In this document: positions 59,105-64,000 of the stretch, in pieces
Position numbering within the stretch: the first letter of the stretch is position 1
How the letters are laid out: each line of letters begins with the position of its first letter
NCBI RefSeq assembly: GCF_009914755.1
Contig: NC_060938.1
From: the human T2T-CHM13v2.0 reference genome, Homo sapiens
Direction: 5' to 3' (one strand)
Length of the DNA: 64,000 nt
Made by a program: the position numbers and the translations under genes
Notes under the pieces: generated by a model
Told to the model about the DNA's origin: nothing
Database searches by the model: none
Seen by the model: only the letters and a program-made list of their open reading frames with translations

Positions 59105-59722
59105 TGAGTAGCTGGGATTACAGGCACGCACCACCATGCCCAACTAATTTTTGTATTTTTAGTAGACGGGGTTTCGCCATGTTGGCTAAGCTGGTATCCA
59201 ACTCCTGTGCTCAAGTGATCCACCTGCCTTGGCCTCTCAAAGTGTTGGGATTACAGGCATGAGCCACTGCCCCCAGCCCATCTGAGTTCTTTATAGACAT
59301 CTAGGCTATTGATGATTGGGAATTAGTAGGAATATTAAATATTTCTAAGCTGTTGCTCATTAACCTATTCATATACAGGAACCTGTAACATCCTTGAAGT
59401 ACTTGGGAATCCAAAGACTTTTCTTAGCTTTGCATGCTGGATATTTGGACTTTTACTGCTACTGCTAATATCAATCCAGTGACAAAGATGAATATGGGAA
59501 AAGCTAGATCTGATTGAAAAAAATTAATCAAAAGATATAATTGAATTTTTTTTTGAAATGAGAGAGAGCAGTTGAGCTACCCAACTCAGTACAGAATTTC
59601 ATTTAGTCATGAGGTATGACTTCTTGAAAAGGAATCACTTTATTTATTCATTCATGCATGTATTCATTCATTCAGTAAAAAATTATTGAGCGATATATTT
59701 ATTAAGTAATTTTTTTTTTTGA

Positions 59723-59884
<162 letters not shown>

Positions 59885-61171
59885 TAGTGGAGACGGGGTT
59901 TCACCATGTTGGTCAGGCTGGTCTCGAACTGCTGACCTCGTGATCCACCTGGCTTGGCCTCCCAAAGTGCTGGGATTACAGGCGTGAGCCACCATGCCCC
60001 ACCCTATTTATTAAGTAATTTAACCTAAGAACCTAAGACACCTAAAGAATAAGTAGGAGTTACCAAAGCAAAAAAAAAAAAGTTATATGGTAAAAACACA
60101 AATCATATTTCTTCCTTAAAACTTCCTATGGCTTCCCATTGTACTTAGAATAAAACTCACACTCCACACTTCCACAGCAAAAAGTCCCTGCATGATTGGG
60201 TTCCTCCTGTCTGTGCCTCTTGCTTCATCCCCTATTACTCTTCACTTGCCTTGATGTTTCTTGAATATAAAGACCAAGTTCATTTCTACCTTAAGACAGA
60301 GTCGCCCATGCTGGAGTGCAAGTGGAGCAATCTCAGCTCACTGCAACCTCTGCCTCCCAGATTCAAGTGATTCTCCTGCCTCAGCCTCCTGAGTAGCTGG
60401 AATTATAGGCACACGCTCCATGCCCAGCTAATTTTTGTATTTTTTTTTTTTTTAAAGTAGAGACGAGGTTTCACCATGTTGGCCAGGCTCGTCTCAAACT
60501 CCTGATTTCAGGTAATCTACCCGCCTTGGCCTCCCAAAGTGCTGGGATTACAGGCGTGAGCCACTGCGCCCAGCCAAGGCCATTTTTTTCTGACATACTG
60601 TAATGCATTTGTATGCCTTCTTTATTTTTTCTTTAAATCTGGGGTAATGAAGCTTCAGACAATGAAGTATAACCTCCTCATTAATTCTTTCCTCCGCACA
60701 GTAATTCTGTCTCCCCACTCCTCCGTCTTAAGTCAAATGTCACTCCAGTGTTGCCTTCCAAGACAACCTTATCTAAGTAGACATTTTTCTCCATAATAAC
60801 TTATCACTACCTGAAGTTATCTTGTTCATTTGTTTACTTGTTCTTGTCTGTCTCCCTTCATAAGCATGCAAGTTCTGTGAGAGCTGGAACTTTGTCCTGT
60901 TCATTCCTGTATCTCCAGTCCCTAGAAGAATGCCTGACACATCATAGGCATTCAACAAATAATACCTATCCTGGAAGGTGAGATTTGTATGCAAGATATT
61001 AAACTCACTTGTTCAAAGTTCGTGCTCAACAAACTTTAATTTTCCTTCCTGCCTATTGACGAGACTAATCAATTTGGTTCCCTGATCAGCAAAAATCACA
61101 CACATATCTTGGATGTTAAGAATGCTGCATACTATTATTCTGAAACAACTTGTAAAGGAATAATGACAATG

Positions 61172-61602
61172 TGTGGGGGTATTCTCTTTTTGCTCTTCCT
61201 AATCCACTCTTCATTCTGCCATTCTGCTCGGTGTCCCTGGAACATAGACCTTTAGGACTGCTTCAGTGGGTTCCATTATTTGCCAGCATTTGGCTGGGTT
61301 TGGCAAGTGGGAGGCTCCATCCGGAGATCAGAAGGTGGGAGCAGGGTGAGGTTATCTTGACTGAGTTCCTTTACTGAAGACTTCAAGTTCCTGTTCAGCC
61401 GTCCTCTCCTAAGCTCTTTCCAGTCAGTGGTCACATTCCTGCCTGCCTGGGGATGTTACATCCTTTGTTGGTTTCCCTTAACCGTGTCCCCACCTTTGTA
61501 AATAGTCCTTTTATTAAATTCTCCTAAATCATTGAGGAGTGCTATCCCCTTAAAATTGAATGTCCATCTGTTTCCTGGTAAAATTCTTATTGATAGAGAT
61601 AC
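61172..61602 (+). mobile_element. LTR33-like ERVL LTR
   Basis: GGTATTCTCTTTTTGCTCTTCCTAATCCACTCT...CACCTTTGTAAATAGTCCTTTTATTAAATTCTCC..CATCTGTTTCCTG. Confidence 0.7.
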
Positions 61603-61949
61603 AATGGGAAAAAGTGGTAGAATTACAATGTGGTCTTCAACGACACAAAACAACAAACATAAGAAAAGCCATTGGTCGGGCGTGGTGGCTCATAACTGTA
61701 ATCCCAGTGCTTTGGGAGGCCTAGGTGGGTGGATAACCTGAGGTCAGGAGGCCGAGACCAGCCTAGCCAACATGGCAAAACCCCGTCTCTACAAAAAAAA
61801 TACAAAAATTAGCAAGACTCTGTCTCAAAATAAAAAAAAAAAAAAAAAAAAAAAAGGAAAGCCGTGGCGTGACTAGCACAGATGATGTGTCAAGTCAAAA
61901 TGTGCATGTTCTGTCATCTCCTCTTTTTGTGCCTGTGAATCACCAGCTT

Positions 61950-62530
61950 CTGAGGTTAGGTCCTCTAGAAGCGGATGCTGAGATAGAGTTTGGGGTTCAA
62001 AGAATCAAACCTATGAAAGGAAGTGGCAGATAGCAGGATTGGGCAGAGTGGGAAGTCAAACTGCAATGCAGGCCCTGCAAAGACTCAGTCAACCCAACAG
62101 GAAGCTCTAGGTGAGAAATGCCCATCAGGTTGTCCCACATGAGGCTGAAATGACTCTGCCTTTGTACCCTCTTGTTTATTCACTAGATTCACTGGATCAC
62201 CCAGGAAGGGGTGATCTTGGGTAAGGTCATATGCTAAATGATCCTGAAATGCAGGCTCTATTAGATTTTTTTGAAGAATATAAAAATCTTAGCTCTGAGA
62301 GAGCAGGCTTCCTACTGATCATTGTTTTTGGAAAACAAACAAACTTCCTTTACTTAGGACCTTGAAAGCAAAAGTCCTTCCTTCACTTTAGCTTGCTCAG
62401 GAGCTGGGTATTTGTCTCTGCGGGTGCTGGTATAGGTCTCTGCAGCTGAGGCAGGCCCTGACATAGCTGCCAGTGGAGGCTGTTTACTAACTGTACTCCC
62501 TGTAGGTGGGCAGAAAGTCCTATCTTGGCG
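61950..62530 (-). mobile_element. Old ERVL LTR (LTR16/LTR41-like)
   Basis: GGTTAGGTCCTCTAGAAGCGGATGCTGAGATAGAGTTTGGGG terminus-like text; subfamily uncertain. Confidence 0.45.
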
Positions 62531-62945
62531 AGCGGATGTGGAGGGCCATCTCCATCTCTTCCCCACAAGTCTAAAATCTTAATCTCTCCTGGGTCTTATC
62601 TCTCACTACACACACATCATACCATGGGAACTGTTTCCAAAGGCTCTATCCTCATCCATAGTAAAATCCCTCTAGATTAATCAGTTCTCCTTATCCCAAT
62701 ACCTTCTAATTAAATTTCTGTGTCTTATAAATTGCCAGAGTAACAGGCAGATGTTGGAGGAAATATGTTGCCACTTTAGGAAATCTGAGATACTAAGAGA
62801 GAAGACTGTACTATATATATAGTATCAGAAATAACATCACCAAGCGGTAGAAGGGCAGCATTCATGATTCTGTCTTTATATTCTCATGGAAAGGGTTGCT
62901 CTGTGATTCTATGTCTAGGTACTGAATATGTGTGGCTTTGAGGGT

Positions 62946-62947
<2 letters not shown>

Positions 62948-62989
<42 letters not shown>
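62948..62989. repeat. (ATT)n trinucleotide repeat in an Alu tail
   Basis: ~14 ATT units. Confidence 0.95.
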
Positions 62990-64000
62990 TTTGAGACGGA
63001 CTCTCGCTCTGTCGCCCAGGCTGGAGTGCAGTGACAGTCATAACTCACTGCAGTTTTGAACCGCTGGATTCAAGAGATCCTCCTGCTTTAGCCTCCCAGG
63101 TAGCTAGGACTACAGCATGTGCCACTATATCTGGCTCATTTAATCTTTCTTTTTTTATAGAGATGTGATCTCCCTATGTTGCTCAGGCTGCCCAGGCTGG
63201 TCTCGAACTCCTGGGCTCAAGTGATTCTCCTGCTTTGGCCTCTCAAAGTGCTGGGGTTACAGGCATGAGCCGCCATGGCTGGCTGATGATTCATTCTTTG
63301 GCATTATGCAGTAAGTACTCTTACTTCCCATATGGTTTGTAAAGAATAGTATAGGCCTTCCAAATCAGTATTCCTGGCTGAGCTGTGTTACCATGACGCC
63401 TTCCTCAGTACTAACATTTAGCATTACATTTGATGAATTTGATATATTCTGCAAAATGCATCAGCAATTAGATAATATCTGGCTAAGTTAATATGACTAT
63501 TTTTCATAGTGAAAGTCACACTTTAGTTTCTTTTAACCAAATGCTCTTGTCCCTTTCATGTGCCGTCTCCTCATCCAGTTTGTTAGAGATAGTTCATCAA
63601 CATTGTGCTACCACATTTTCAGATATCTTGTTAAATTATAATTTAAATAATGATCTGAACATAAAATGAGATCATCTGAATGCATTAAGTAGCACGAGTG
63701 TGGGAGCATTTCTAATAGGAGCAAATCTCTCCAGACCGGCATCTTAGGCAAAAATTTTTCTTGACCGAAATCTCCCTCAGGCCAATGAATACCAAATTTA
63801 GATTTTGCTGGGCCCTTGCTGTTCTTAACTTAGAACATGATTAAGTCAATTACTTCTGAATTTATCCATAAATTCTTTATATTGTCTTTAATATTTAATA
63901 CAAAAACAAAGAGAGTTAAACTACATTAATTACTAAATGTTCTTGATTTAATACTGGATTTGGTAATATAAAATATGCAAATAACCCTGAGCTAAATTTT

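Noticed and set aside
63484-63605. Minus-strand peptide NW..KGTRA..DF.MKNSHINL resembling polycystin WLDRGTRA..DFSVYNANINL
   Set aside because: Needs two insertions, a stop and a frameshift; plausibly chance and biased by looking for PKD2. Only worth revisiting if tblastn supports it.

Overview
Alu-dense primate (almost certainly human, chr14q21 TRAPPC6B-PNN-[MIA2]) genomic DNA. It contains TRAPPC6B exon 1 (minus strand) and, head-to-head with it, the complete 9-exon PNN gene, whose exons splice to 2154 nt (717 aa + stop). The remaining ~48 kb is intergenic and dominated by retro-sequences: an Alu-split U6 retropseudogene, a 5'-intact but 3'-deleted L1PB, a TMEM92 retrocopy and a YTHDF2 retrocopy with an intact YTH-domain ORF. 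The YTHDF2 copy lies in a multi-layer MER33/MLT1/L1PA16/THE1 nest that includes a probable L1 3' transduction. The most unexpected signal is a decayed PKD2 (polycystin-2)-derived relic at ~55.3-56.8 kb on the minus strand. It has an exon-1 piece, a spliced exon 5/6 junction and an apparently retained exon-6 donor, plus a weaker exon-7-like piece in the opposite orientation at ~59.4 kb. All homologies were recognised from recalled reference sequences, not from searches. Repeat subfamily calls and boundaries are approximate.
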